Below, one piece after another: positions 1 through 8,578 of a stretch of DNA of 64,000 nt. Under the pieces are notes generated by a model. It was not told the DNA's origin and did not search any database. It saw only the letters and a program-made list of their open reading frames with translations. Origin of the DNA: Alphaproteobacteria bacterium (lineage in GTDB: Bacteria > Pseudomonadota > Alphaproteobacteria > GM7ARS4 > G965262615); the NCBI GenBank assembly GCA_965262615.1, contig OZ253545.1:640001-704000 (forward strand), read 5' to 3'. The position numbers and the translations under genes are program-made. Positions within the stretch are counted from its first letter, which is position 1, and each line of letters begins with the position of its first letter.

Positions 1-2
1 TT

Positions 3-320
3 AACAAATATGCCGGCATGCTGCTCCGCGAGAGCGGCTCGGGATATGAAGATAATCCCAAAACTTTGCAAACGGACTATTATTATGATCCCAAAAATTA
101 CACGGTGGATCAGAAGGCGTTTGATGCTCATTTCACGGCACAAAAGTCCGCCATTCAGCAGAAAATGCATGATGTGAATAATAAGGTGGAGCTCATCAAT
201 GAAAAAATGACACGCATCAGCCACTATGCGGAGCAATATTTAGAAATGGCAAACGCCTTGTTTCAGCATGACTACCAAGAAGCCAAATCATACATTGGTG
301 GTTTTAACTTCTATCGGTGA
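3..320 (+). CDS. 3' part of a T3SS-associated protein, possibly LcrV/PcrV-like needle-tip protein (5'-truncated by window edge)
   Basis: Frame is open from position 3. The C-terminal amphipathic helix NNKVELINEKMTRIS...LEMANALFQHDY resembles the LcrV C-terminal helix pattern as recalled. It lies directly upstream of sctW. Confidence 0.4.
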   Translation, partial: NKYAGMLLRESGSGYEDNPKTLQTDYYYDPKNYTVDQKAFDAHFTAQKSAIQQKMHDVNNKVELINEKMTRISHYAEQYLEMANALFQHDYQEAKSYIGGFNFYR

Positions 321-324
321 GGTG

Positions 325-1449
325 ATGGGATTGATTGATGGCATAGGCTCGTCTGCAACGGCGGAGCTTCATGTGGCTCAAAGGGCATCGTCTGGGGGAC
401 GGGTGGGTCATTATCGCGGCGAGCGGGTGCGGGTGCGCGTGGGCTCGCAGAATTCGCCTTTGAGCAGTGCCATGGAGGAGCTGGGCGAACTGGTCGCCGA
501 TCGCATTGAAGAGGAATACAAGAAAAAAGAAAAAGTGCATGCCAAGCGCGCCAATTCTCTGGAAAAGACCGAGACCGTGCGCGCCCTCATGGATCGCATG
601 CAAGATGCCGATTTTCAGCAGAAGATGCAGGCTTTTCAGGGCAAGATATCGGCTCTGCAGGGCGCAAGCATGGGGCATTTTAACGCACAGCTGGAGACGC
701 ATTTTAAGGATGTGACTCATCGCTTTATTGCCCTTGAGTCTCTCAAGAAACAGTTAAAAGGCAAGGACAATGATGTGTTGCGTTCCTATGCGGAACAGGC
801 AATGCAGGATTTGTTGGAGAACCATGCCCCCGAATTGTGGGCGGGGCTTAATATACAAAGTGAGATTGAAAAGCGCGGCGCCAGTGGTGAGAAATCGCAA
901 GAGATGCGCGATTTTTATCGGGATGTGGTTTTGCAGGATGATGGGCTTGTGTCTCATTATAACGAATTGGTTGAGCGGTACGGCGAGCGTAACCTCACAA
1001 AACATGTGGATTTTCTCATCAAGGCATTGGGAGCGGATATTTCGGCGGAGAATCCGTCACGGGACAAGCGGGCACTGAAGATGGCACTGGATGAATTGTA
1101 TCAGTTGGAAACACTGGTGACACTGCACGATGGCTGTGCCTTGTCATTGAGGCGTTTGCAAAGGGTGAGTCCTCAATTGCGGGTGACAAAGCCCTCGGTG
1201 ATGATGAAACAGATTCTCACACTGGTGGGGCGGGAATGGATGGATCGCAGTCATGTTGATGATTACTTGCGTCATTTGGATGTGAATGATGCTCAGCTGG
1301 AGGTGAATATACTGCGCGAGACGCGCCGCTTGATTGAACGCCTGCCTGCCAAGTCCTATGCCAATGTGGAGCAACGGCAAAAGGTGATGGATGTGATTTT
1401 GCTGGCGCAGGATGATGCCATTGAGCACGAAGATGAGGCACTGGCATGA
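325..1449 (+). CDS. sctW: T3SS gatekeeper, YopN-TyeA fusion (SctW/BopN-like)
   Basis: GAGGTG SD before ATG 325. Motifs SAMEEL, F.DVTHRFIAL, AGLN, LIKALGADI and C-terminal TyeA-like RLP...Y..EQR. First gene of a yopN-sycN-yscX-yscY-yscV block. Confidence 0.85.
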   Translation: MGLIDGIGSSATAELHVAQRASSGGRVGHYRGERVRVRVGSQNSPLSSAMEELGELVADRIEEEYKKKEKVHAKRANSLEKTETVRALMDRMQDADFQQKMQAFQGKISALQGASMGHFNAQLETHFKDVTHRFIALESLKKQLKGKDNDVLRSYAEQAMQDLLENHAPELWAGLNIQSEIEKRGASGEKSQEMRDFYRDVVLQDDGLVSHYNELVERYGERNLTKHVDFLIKALGADISAENPSRDKRALKMALDELYQLETLVTLHDGCALSLRRLQRVSPQLRVTKPSVMMKQILTLVGREWMDRSHVDDYLRHLDVNDAQLEVNILRETRRLIERLPAKSYANVEQRQKVMDVILLAQDDAIEHEDEALA

Positions 1450-1456
1450 CAATACC

Positions 1457-1819
1457 ATGACAAGGGTGACGGCACATATATTGGACGATGTGGCACGCCA
1501 GTTCGGCATGAGCGATTGGTCGTGGCAGGAAGGCGATGTGGTGACTTTGGCGTTTGACCAAAGCGGCACGATTTACATTGAGCCGCAAGAGAGTTGTTGG
1601 CTCATGTATTGTGCCCGTGAGGGCGTTCCTTTTGAGGATCGGCAGGCGATTCATTTGTTGGAGGCGTGTCATCCTCGCCATCAGGAGGTGGGCATGACGG
1701 CGGGCTATCTGGGCGATGACTGTCGGGTGATTGTGGCGCGCGTGCCACTGTCTGCATTGGATGTGTCCCGTGCGGTGGCGGTGATTGACCGCTTGCGAGA
1801 GCTGCAAGGGAGAGCATGA
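1457..1819 (+). CDS. T3SS chaperone, SycN-like
   Basis: About 120-aa acidic protein with LAFDQSGTIYIE, LLEACH and a C-terminal amphipathic helix. Occupies the position right after SctW. Confidence 0.7.
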   Translation: MTRVTAHILDDVARQFGMSDWSWQEGDVVTLAFDQSGTIYIEPQESCWLMYCAREGVPFEDRQAIHLLEACHPRHQEVGMTAGYLGDDCRVIVARVPLSALDVSRAVAVIDRLRELQGRA

Positions 1820-2217
1820 TGGTGGGACGCATCAAAGCACCTGCGGGCTTTCGCTTTGAGAAAGGGATTGTGTCTATTGTGGGCAATGAGGCAAAGAGTC
1901 ACTTGCCGTCACGCTCGGCTTTGATGCCGGGGTCGGAGCAGTTGGCGCGCTCTAAGGTGGCAGACATTTTATATGGCGATTCATTGGATGAGGCATTGGC
2001 ATCATTTTTTCGCCCGGTGACGGCAGACCCATCGTTGACGCAGCGAGGACGCTATCGTCAGGTGCTGCAGAGCACGGTGGATACATTATATAAGAAATCT
2101 CGTGGCAAAAGACGGGGTCGGCAGGTGTGTGTGCGGGCGGCGGATATTTTGATGGACTTGGGCGATATTCACGATGAACTGGTGGTGCGGCGCAGTGGCG
2201 GGTGGGAAGGCTCATGA
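1816..2217 (+). CDS. T3SS protein YscX/SctX-like
   Basis: 133 aa with FEKGI near the N-terminus and LDEALASFFRP. Syntenic between SycN-like and YscY-like genes, with ATGA overlaps. Confidence 0.6.
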   Translation: MMVGRIKAPAGFRFEKGIVSIVGNEAKSHLPSRSALMPGSEQLARSKVADILYGDSLDEALASFFRPVTADPSLTQRGRYRQVLQSTVDTLYKKSRGKRRGRQVCVRAADILMDLGDIHDELVVRRSGGWEGS

Positions 2218-2573
2218 GTGTGGACGAGACCACCAACATTCGTGACTTTCTTTTGACAATCGTTTCTTTTTTGCTCAACCACAACCGAGCAAAGGATGCG
2301 GGCATCATGATGGAGGCAGCCTTTGAGCTCTTTCCGCAGGACGCATTGGTGCTGCGAACGCTGGCGTATGTGCGTTTGCGCAGTGGTGACGCTCGTGCCA
2401 GCTTGATGGCATTTGATGAGCTCAAAAGACGCCAAGACATTCGTGCGTGGCATCCGCTCATGAAGGCATTGTATGGGATGGCATTGTCCAGCAATGGCAG
2501 GGCGATTGAGGCATCGGGTTTGTTGACATCATTGGCGGCGGTGCGCTTGTTGCGAGAGGATGAATCATCATGA
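2214..2573 (+). CDS. T3SS TPR chaperone YscY/SctY-like
   Basis: TPR-like helices (LFPQDALVLRTLAYVRLRSGD). Directly precedes sctV with an overlapping start/stop. Confidence 0.65.
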   Translation: MSVDETTNIRDFLLTIVSFLLNHNRAKDAGIMMEAAFELFPQDALVLRTLAYVRLRSGDARASLMAFDELKRRQDIRAWHPLMKALYGMALSSNGRAIEASGLLTSLAAVRLLREDESS

Positions 2574-4708
2574 CGGCGGCGGTGCAGCGATTTTTGGTGC
2601 TGGCGAGCGGACGCACCGATGTGGTGCTTGCCTTTTTCATCACCGCGATCATTTTTATGATGATTTTGCCACTCCCCACCATTTTGATTGATTTTCTCAT
2701 TGCCTCCAACATGGGACTGGCGATGACACTGCTCATGGTGGGCATTTATTTGAGTTCGCCATTGCAGTTTGCGGCGTTTCCCTCTGTGTTGTTGATTACG
2801 ACATTATTTCGTTTGGCACTGTCCATCAGCACCACCCGACTGATTTTATTGCAGGCGGATGCGGGGGAGATTGTGTTTGCTTTTGGCAATTTTGTGGTGG
2901 GCGGCAATTTGGTTGTGGGGATGGTGATTTTTTTGATTTTGACCATTGTGCAATTTATCGTGGTGACGAAGGGAGCAGAACGGGTGGCGGAGGTGAGTGC
3001 TCGCTTTTCGCTGGATGCCATGCCGGGCAAGCAGCTCAGCATTGACAGTGATATGCGGGCGGGACTCATTGATATTGAAGAGGCGCGCAAGCGGCGATTC
3101 ATGCTGGAGAAAGAGAGTCAGTTGTTTGGTTCAATGGATGGCGCGATGAAGTTTGTCAAGGGTGATGCCATAGCGGGCATTATTATTGTGGCGGTGAATT
3201 TGTTGGGAGGCATTACCATTGGCATTGTGCAGCGGGGTTTGTCGGCATCGGAGGCGGCGCACACCTATTCTATTTTGACCATTGGCGATGGCTTGATTGG
3301 ACAAATCCCCGCACTCTTCATTGCCATCACGGCGGGGGTGATTGTGACACGCGTCACAGGAGAGAACTCGCGCGATTTGGGCAGTGACATTATCGGACAA
3401 ATCACCCATCAGCCCAAGGCATTGATGGTGGCATCATGTTTGTTGTTGGCATTTGGTTTGGTGCCGGGGTTTCCGACTGCGGTTTTTGTGACGCTGGCGG
3501 CGGCGTTGGGAGTTCCGTTGTATCTGCGTCATCGCCGTAAAACATTGCAGCAAGGTAAGGGCGACCCTTTGCAGGATTCGGACGATGTCATGCGCGGCGA
3601 TACCGAGAAAAAGACCCACACGCGCCTTGAGGATGAACAGGCATTTGTCGCCACCACCCCACTGCTCATTGAGGTGCATGAGGATTTGAAACACTCACTG
3701 GATACGGCAAAGCTCAATGATTCGTTGGTGAAGGTGCGGCGGGCATTGTATATGGATTTGGGCGTTCCGTTTCCGGGCATTCGTCTGCGCTTTAGCGGCA
3801 GTGGGCAGATTGAGGAGAACAGCTATGTGATTTTGCTCTCGGAAGTTCCGGTGACAAAAGGATGGCTGTATCCCAATCGCCTGCTCATGCGTGAGAGTGA
3901 ATCCTCCCTTGAGATGCTGTCCATTCCCTTCACAAAGGGGCGGGCGTTTTTGCCTCATTTGGAAACGGTGTGGGTGGATGCCCAGCACAAGGAGGCGGTG
4001 CAAAAAGCGGGCTTGTCATTCATGGAAGCCCCTGAGGTGATGATTTATCACCTCAGCTTTGTCTTGCGGCGGCATGGCGAGCGATTTATTGGCATTCAAG
4101 AGGCGCAGTTTGTGTTGGGTCATATGGAGGAGCATTTTCCCGATTTGGTCAAGGAAGTGCAGCGTATTTTGCCGTTGCAGAAGATGGCGGATATTTTGCG
4201 GCGATTGGTGTCTGAGGATATTTCCATCAGAGACATGCGCACCGTCTTGGAGGCACTGGTGGAATGGGGACAAAAGGAAAAAGACTCCGTGTTGCTCACC
4301 GAATATGTCCGTTCCGCGCTGGGAAGGCAGATTAGTTATCAGTTTGCGGGCGGACAGAATATGTTGCCGTCTTATTTGTTGTCGTCACAGATTGAAGATG
4401 AGGTGCGCGGGGCGATTCGCCAGACTTCCAGTGGCAGCTATTTGGCTCTGTCGCCCGAGCGCAGCTTTGAGATTGTGCAGGCGGTGCAAGATGAGGTGGC
4501 GGCGCATCATAGCATGGAGGGGGCGCGTCCAGTTTTGGTCACCGCAACCGATATTCGCCGCTATGTGCGTAAATTGATTGAAAATGAGCTTTACGAACTG
4601 CCAGTTTTGTCCTATCAAGAACTGTCGTCCGATATGACCGTGCAGCCATTGGCAAAAATCAATTTTGGCGCGCGTGGGGCACGGAATTTGGAGGAAATCG
4701 CGGCGTAA
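2570..4708 (+). CDS. sctV: T3SS export gate protein SctV (LcrD/YscV)
   Basis: FHIPEP motifs KGAERVAEVSARFSLDAMPGKQLSID, GSMDGAMKFVKGDAIAG, LTIGDGL and VLSYQEL. EWGQKEKD and IRQTSSGSYLAL are typical of LcrD/YscV rather than flagellar FlhA. Confidence 0.95.
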   Translation: MTAAVQRFLVLASGRTDVVLAFFITAIIFMMILPLPTILIDFLIASNMGLAMTLLMVGIYLSSPLQFAAFPSVLLITTLFRLALSISTTRLILLQADAGEIVFAFGNFVVGGNLVVGMVIFLILTIVQFIVVTKGAERVAEVSARFSLDAMPGKQLSIDSDMRAGLIDIEEARKRRFMLEKESQLFGSMDGAMKFVKGDAIAGIIIVAVNLLGGITIGIVQRGLSASEAAHTYSILTIGDGLIGQIPALFIAITAGVIVTRVTGENSRDLGSDIIGQITHQPKALMVASCLLLAFGLVPGFPTAVFVTLAAALGVPLYLRHRRKTLQQGKGDPLQDSDDVMRGDTEKKTHTRLEDEQAFVATTPLLIEVHEDLKHSLDTAKLNDSLVKVRRALYMDLGVPFPGIRLRFSGSGQIEENSYVILLSEVPVTKGWLYPNRLLMRESESSLEMLSIPFTKGRAFLPHLETVWVDAQHKEAVQKAGLSFMEAPEVMIYHLSFVLRRHGERFIGIQEAQFVLGHMEEHFPDLVKEVQRILPLQKMADILRRLVSEDISIRDMRTVLEALVEWGQKEKDSVLLTEYVRSALGRQISYQFAGGQNMLPSYLLSSQIEDEVRGAIRQTSSGSYLALSPERSFEIVQAVQDEVAAHHSMEGARPVLVTATDIRRYVRKLIENELYELPVLSYQELSSDMTVQPLAKINFGARGARNLEEIAA

Positions 4709-4870
4709 TGGCTTATTTTTGCGGTGGAAAATTACTGAAAAAAAAGCTGTTTTCCCACTAGACAAAATCATTTTTTTGTGGTTATTATTCAAGTTCCATT
4801 AACGGGAGCCTTGGGTTCAATTCTCAACGGATGCGGATGAGGGGCTCTACAACTCAACAGAGGTAAGGAA

Positions 4871-6115
4871 ATGAACCAACTGAAACAGAAAAGTCATCGG
4901 GCTCATAAGCTTGGTGCAGTTGTGGCTCTCGGTGTGGGTGTTGCTCTCTCAAGCGGCGCTAGTGCCGAAGTCTTGCTTTCAAGTCAAAGTGGATGGGATT
5001 TGTCGGTGGATGGCTCCGTCAATAACTTCGTCGTCCATCAGACCACAGGCGCACTGGAACAGAATAATGGCGTTGAAAATCGCTCGGTCACCAGTAGCAC
5101 AACCCGTGTGCGGAATGGCTTGTTGCCCGCCGTCTTGGGTATCAATATTAAAGCCCCCACCGTTAAGGGGCTCAATATGATCGCTCGCTTCGGATTCTAT
5201 CCCCACACAAATAACGACAATGGATTCAAAGACCAGTTTGGAGGGCAAATTGACTTTCGTGAAGTCTTCTTCAAGGTGGATGGCAAATTTGGTTCCATGT
5301 TGGTGGGTAAAACCCTCAGCTTGTTTTTGGGCAAGAATATTCTCAACGACATGACCCTGCTGGGTGTCGGTGCTGGAACAGCGGGTGACGGAACAACGAC
5401 TCTGGGACGCATTGGCTACGGCTATGTCTATCCCAACTTTAACTCCGCCGTGCGCTACACAACACCAGACTTCAATGGCTTGAATATGACATTGGGTGTC
5501 TATGACCCCGCTAAGTTTGGGCATGACACGGACTATAACAGAACCTCCATTCCGCGTTTGGAAGGTGAGGTGTCGTTCGCCAGAAGCATCGCCACCAGAA
5601 AGGGTGATGTCTCCGTCAATACTTGGGTCAACGGCATGTGGCAAAGAGGCAAAACCAACGAAACTGATACCAAAGATGAACTCAATATTTGGGGTGTCGG
5701 CGGTGGTGTCGTTGCCGGATGGAAAGGAATCTCCATGGAAGTCACAGGCTACTATGGCAGAGGACTCGGCACCATCCTCCAGTTTCCTACCACGGCAGTT
5801 TTGAATCTTGCCAACACTGGATACACGAACACAGGTGTTCTGCGTAAGAACTTTGGTTACATCGCAGAAGTCACCTATGACTTCGGACAGGGAACAGGAA
5901 TGGGTGTCAGTTACGGCGGATCGTTCGGCACTGGCACTGAAGGTAATCCCTTCAAAGATCGGAATGTCCTTACCGATGCCATGGTGTGGCACAACATCAA
6001 TGACAATCTCCGAGTCGTTGCCGAATACGGCTGGCAAAGAGATACCACTGGTGGTGACACAGGTGGCGAGCAAGATTCGCACATCTTTGCGGCAGGCGGA
6101 TTCTTCTTCTTCTAA
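4871..6115 (+). CDS. Outer-membrane porin (Gram-negative porin family)
   Basis: Signal peptide ending ASA, strong SD, alternating beta-strand pattern, YTTPDFNG motif and C-terminal Phe. Confidence 0.85.
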   Translation: MNQLKQKSHRAHKLGAVVALGVGVALSSGASAEVLLSSQSGWDLSVDGSVNNFVVHQTTGALEQNNGVENRSVTSSTTRVRNGLLPAVLGINIKAPTVKGLNMIARFGFYPHTNNDNGFKDQFGGQIDFREVFFKVDGKFGSMLVGKTLSLFLGKNILNDMTLLGVGAGTAGDGTTTLGRIGYGYVYPNFNSAVRYTTPDFNGLNMTLGVYDPAKFGHDTDYNRTSIPRLEGEVSFARSIATRKGDVSVNTWVNGMWQRGKTNETDTKDELNIWGVGGGVVAGWKGISMEVTGYYGRGLGTILQFPTTAVLNLANTGYTNTGVLRKNFGYIAEVTYDFGQGTGMGVSYGGSFGTGTEGNPFKDRNVLTDAMVWHNINDNLRVVAEYGWQRDTTGGDTGGEQDSHIFAAGGFFFF

Positions 6116-6135
6116 AAGAAAAATCATCTGTCATG

Positions 6136-6167
6136 AAAGAGGGCGTCTCGCAAGAGACGCCCTTTTT
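6136..6167. terminator. Intrinsic, probably bidirectional terminator
   Basis: AAAGAGGGCGTCTC-GCAA-GAGACGCCCTTTTT hairpin between the convergent porin and STAS genes. Confidence 0.85.
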
Positions 6168-6476
6168 CTATGGTGCTTCTTGCAGGGTGAAAATCTTGTC
6201 AAGACCCGTGACAGTAAAGACTTCCCGCACCACCTCATTGGGGTAACACAATGTGATGTCATACCCCGCTTTTTTCAATGCCAAAAGAACGCGTAACCCC
6301 GCACTGGTCAAAAAATCCAAACCTTTCAAATCAAACCGATATTCTTTGGCTTGACCATTTAACGCCAGCAATTGACTGCGAAGGGATTCCGCATTGGAAC
6401 TATCCAGATGCCCTTTCAGTGTCACTTCAATGGTGTCGCCCTTTGCAAGACATTCTATATTGAGATTTTTTGTCAC
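6168..6476 (-). CDS. STAS-domain anti-sigma factor antagonist (RsbV/BtrV-like)
   Basis: GHLDSSNA, DLKGLDFLTSAGLRVL with the phospho-acceptor Ser, and VREVFTVTGL. The GTG start overlaps the stop of the ECF gene. Confidence 0.9.
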   Translation of the reverse strand: MTKNLNIECLAKGDTIEVTLKGHLDSSNAESLRSQLLALNGQAKEYRFDLKGLDFLTSAGLRVLLALKKAGYDITLCYPNEVVREVFTVTGLDKIFTLQEAP

Positions 6477-7111
6477 TAGCCGAGTAATGATGAGGAGTGG
6501 TTTTGACTTTCCAACAAATCCTTGAGTGGTGCGCCGCGCTCTTCTAATTTTTGCCGCAGCTGTGCGCGCGCCCGAGATAAACGAGAGCGCACCGTTCCCA
6601 TAGAGATTTGCAATTCGGCACTGACAATCTCATAGGATTTTTCCTCCAATGCCACCATAGAGAGCACCACTTTGAGTTTGGGTGGCAATTCCTCAATGGC
6701 TTCGGAAATGTGTGATAGGTGCTCTTGCCACAGTGCGTAATTTTCTGGCGACTGCTTGTCATCGGGCATATCAATCAGATAATCGCTGTCAATGAACTGA
6801 TAGCGATGGGATGGTGAGCGATAGATGTAGTTGCGAATCACATTACGGGCAATGCCAAAGAGCCATGTGGAGGCGGCGGATTCGCCTCTAAAGTTGGGAT
6901 AGCTTTTCACCGCTTCTGCCATTGTTTGTTGGAGCAAATCTTTGGCGTAGGAGCTGTGTCCTGTATTGCGGAGGATAAAGCGATGCAGGCGGTCGTAATT
7001 GGTCTTGAGCAATTCCTCGCAGCTGGGATGATTTCCTTTTCTGCGATGGCTTGGCGGACGAGGATGCACTCCGCTTGTGGTGGAAGCGTTACCTTCAAGG
7101 TGCCTGGTCAT
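6476..7111 (-). CDS. ECF sigma factor, HrpL/BtrS(BrpL)-like
   Basis: Region 2 (DLLQQT...FRGES..STWLFGIARNVIRN) and region 4 (SYEIVSAELQISMGTVRSRLSRAR). Lies near the T3SS genes. Confidence 0.85.
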   Translation of the reverse strand: MTRHLEGNASTTSGVHPRPPSHRRKGNHPSCEELLKTNYDRLHRFILRNTGHSSYAKDLLQQTMAEAVKSYPNFRGESAASTWLFGIARNVIRNYIYRSPSHRYQFIDSDYLIDMPDDKQSPENYALWQEHLSHISEAIEELPPKLKVVLSMVALEEKSYEIVSAELQISMGTVRSRLSRARAQLRQKLEERGAPLKDLLESQNHSSSLLG

Positions 7112-7236
7112 GGCGGGTCTCCAGAGCTGTCATGTTGACCTCCTTAGAAACCTCCTCCGGACAGTGAATGGTCGCGTATTGTTCATCACAATACAACAAC
7201 TTTTCGTTCCACGATTAAACACAAATTTGGGGTGTT

Positions 7237-7521
7237 TCATTGTTTATTCTTAATTCGTTCCAGCATCTGAGGGCTGGGGCGAAATTTGATGACATGGCGT
7301 TGCTTGAGCTCAATGGTGCGATTTTGCGTGGGATGCTTTGCCGTGCGGGCGGGCAAGCATCGGGTGAAGAATGTGCCAAAGCCTCGCAATTGAATGGGGG
7401 CTTGGCGAGTGAGGTGGTCTGCCATCGTGGTGAAAATGATGTGCACCATGCGGCGAACGGCATCATCGGGCAGGTGCGGATATTGCTGACGCAGCTTTTT
7501 TATGAGTTGAGAACGGGTCAT
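7237..7521 (-). CDS. ihfB: Integration host factor beta / HU-family DNA-binding protein (divergent)
   Basis: MTRSQLI..L..QYPHL, IQLRGFGTF and KFRPS..M.ERI. Confidence 0.75.
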   Translation of the reverse strand: MTRSQLIKKLRQQYPHLPDDAVRRMVHIIFTTMADHLTRQAPIQLRGFGTFFTRCLPARTAKHPTQNRTIELKQRHVIKFRPSPQMLERIKNKQ

Positions 7522-7582
7522 GTTCTAGGCGCGTGACGATTTCTTTGTTATGGTGGCACACACGAATGGCGATGAAAAGACG

Positions 7583-8578
7583 ATGAAAATTCCCACCACC
7601 ATAGTGACAGGCTTTCTCGGCGCGGGCAAGACCAGTTTGATTGCGTCTTTGCTCAAGCAGAGCGATTTGCGTCTGGCGTTGCTCATCAATGAGTTTGGCT
7701 CGGTGGGCATGGACGGCGCAATTTTAGCCGATGAAGAGGGATGCGCGTGCCCCATGATTGAACTTGCCAATGGGTGTATTTGTTGCACCATTGCCGATGA
7801 TTTTGTTCCTGCGATGGAATCACTGGCATCATTGGAGAAGCCGCCGCATCATGTGGTGATTGAAACATCGGGATTGGCGTTGCCACAGCCATTGGTCAAA
7901 GCGTTTGATTGGCATGGGGTGCGCACGCGGTTTTATGTGCAAGGAGTCGTCACCGTGCTGGATTGCGACCAGCTGGCACATGAATCACAGGCGCAACTGA
8001 ACCAACAGGCGGGCATCATCAATCATGACAAGGGAATGGACGAATTGCTGACGGAGCAGCTGCATCATGCCGATATTATTCTCATGAACAAAGCCGATTG
8101 TGTGACCCAAACACAGCGCAATGCCATTCGTGAGCGTGTTCGTCCGTTTCATCATGAGGCGGTGCGCGTGCATGAGACCCATCATGGCGTGTTTCCCATG
8201 TCATTATTGCTGGATGAGACGGCACATCGCGTCCATGAGGATGACCACGACCATGAGCATGATGACCATGACCATGATGATTTTTCCTCTGTCTCATTAC
8301 AAGGGGGCGTTTTCGCATCGCAAGACGAATTGGAACAGGCGGTGATGAACTGCATGGCGCGTCATTCTTTGTATCGCCTGAAGGGGATGGTGACCATTGC
8401 CGGCAAATCGTTACCGATGGTGGTGCAGGCGGTGGGCAAGCGGGTTCATTGTTATCATGTTCGTGGGGGTCATCGGAACAACGGCTCATCGGTTGTGGTG
8501 GCGATTGGCGGGCGCGCTCTGGATAGCGATGCCATTGGGCACACTTTGGGACACGATTTCAAACCATGCATCTCTTGA
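7583..8578 (+). CDS. cobW: Cobalamin biosynthesis GTPase CobW
   Basis: GFLGAGKT, INEFG, GCICC, ETSGLALP and a His-rich linker. Directly upstream of cobN. Confidence 0.92.
   Translation: MKIPTTIVTGFLGAGKTSLIASLLKQSDLRLALLINEFGSVGMDGAILADEEGCACPMIELANGCICCTIADDFVPAMESLASLEKPPHHVVIETSGLALPQPLVKAFDWHGVRTRFYVQGVVTVLDCDQLAHESQAQLNQQAGIINHDKGMDELLTEQLHHADIILMNKADCVTQTQRNAIRERVRPFHHEAVRVHETHHGVFPMSLLLDETAHRVHEDDHDHEHDDHDHDDFSSVSLQGGVFASQDELEQAVMNCMARHSLYRLKGMVTIAGKSLPMVVQAVGKRVHCYHVRGGHRNNGSSVVVAIGGRALDSDAIGHTLGHDFKPCIS

Noticed and set aside
2570-4708. Flagellar FlhA
   Set aside because: Neighbouring genes are gatekeeper/SycN/YscX/YscY-like and the C-terminal motifs match LcrD/YscV.
4979-6127. 382-aa minus-strand ORF
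   Set aside because: Antisense shadow of the porin gene, with no recognisable motifs.
7522-7582. Cobalamin riboswitch upstream of cobW
   Set aside because: The intergenic space is only about 60 bp and no B12-box-like sequence is visible.
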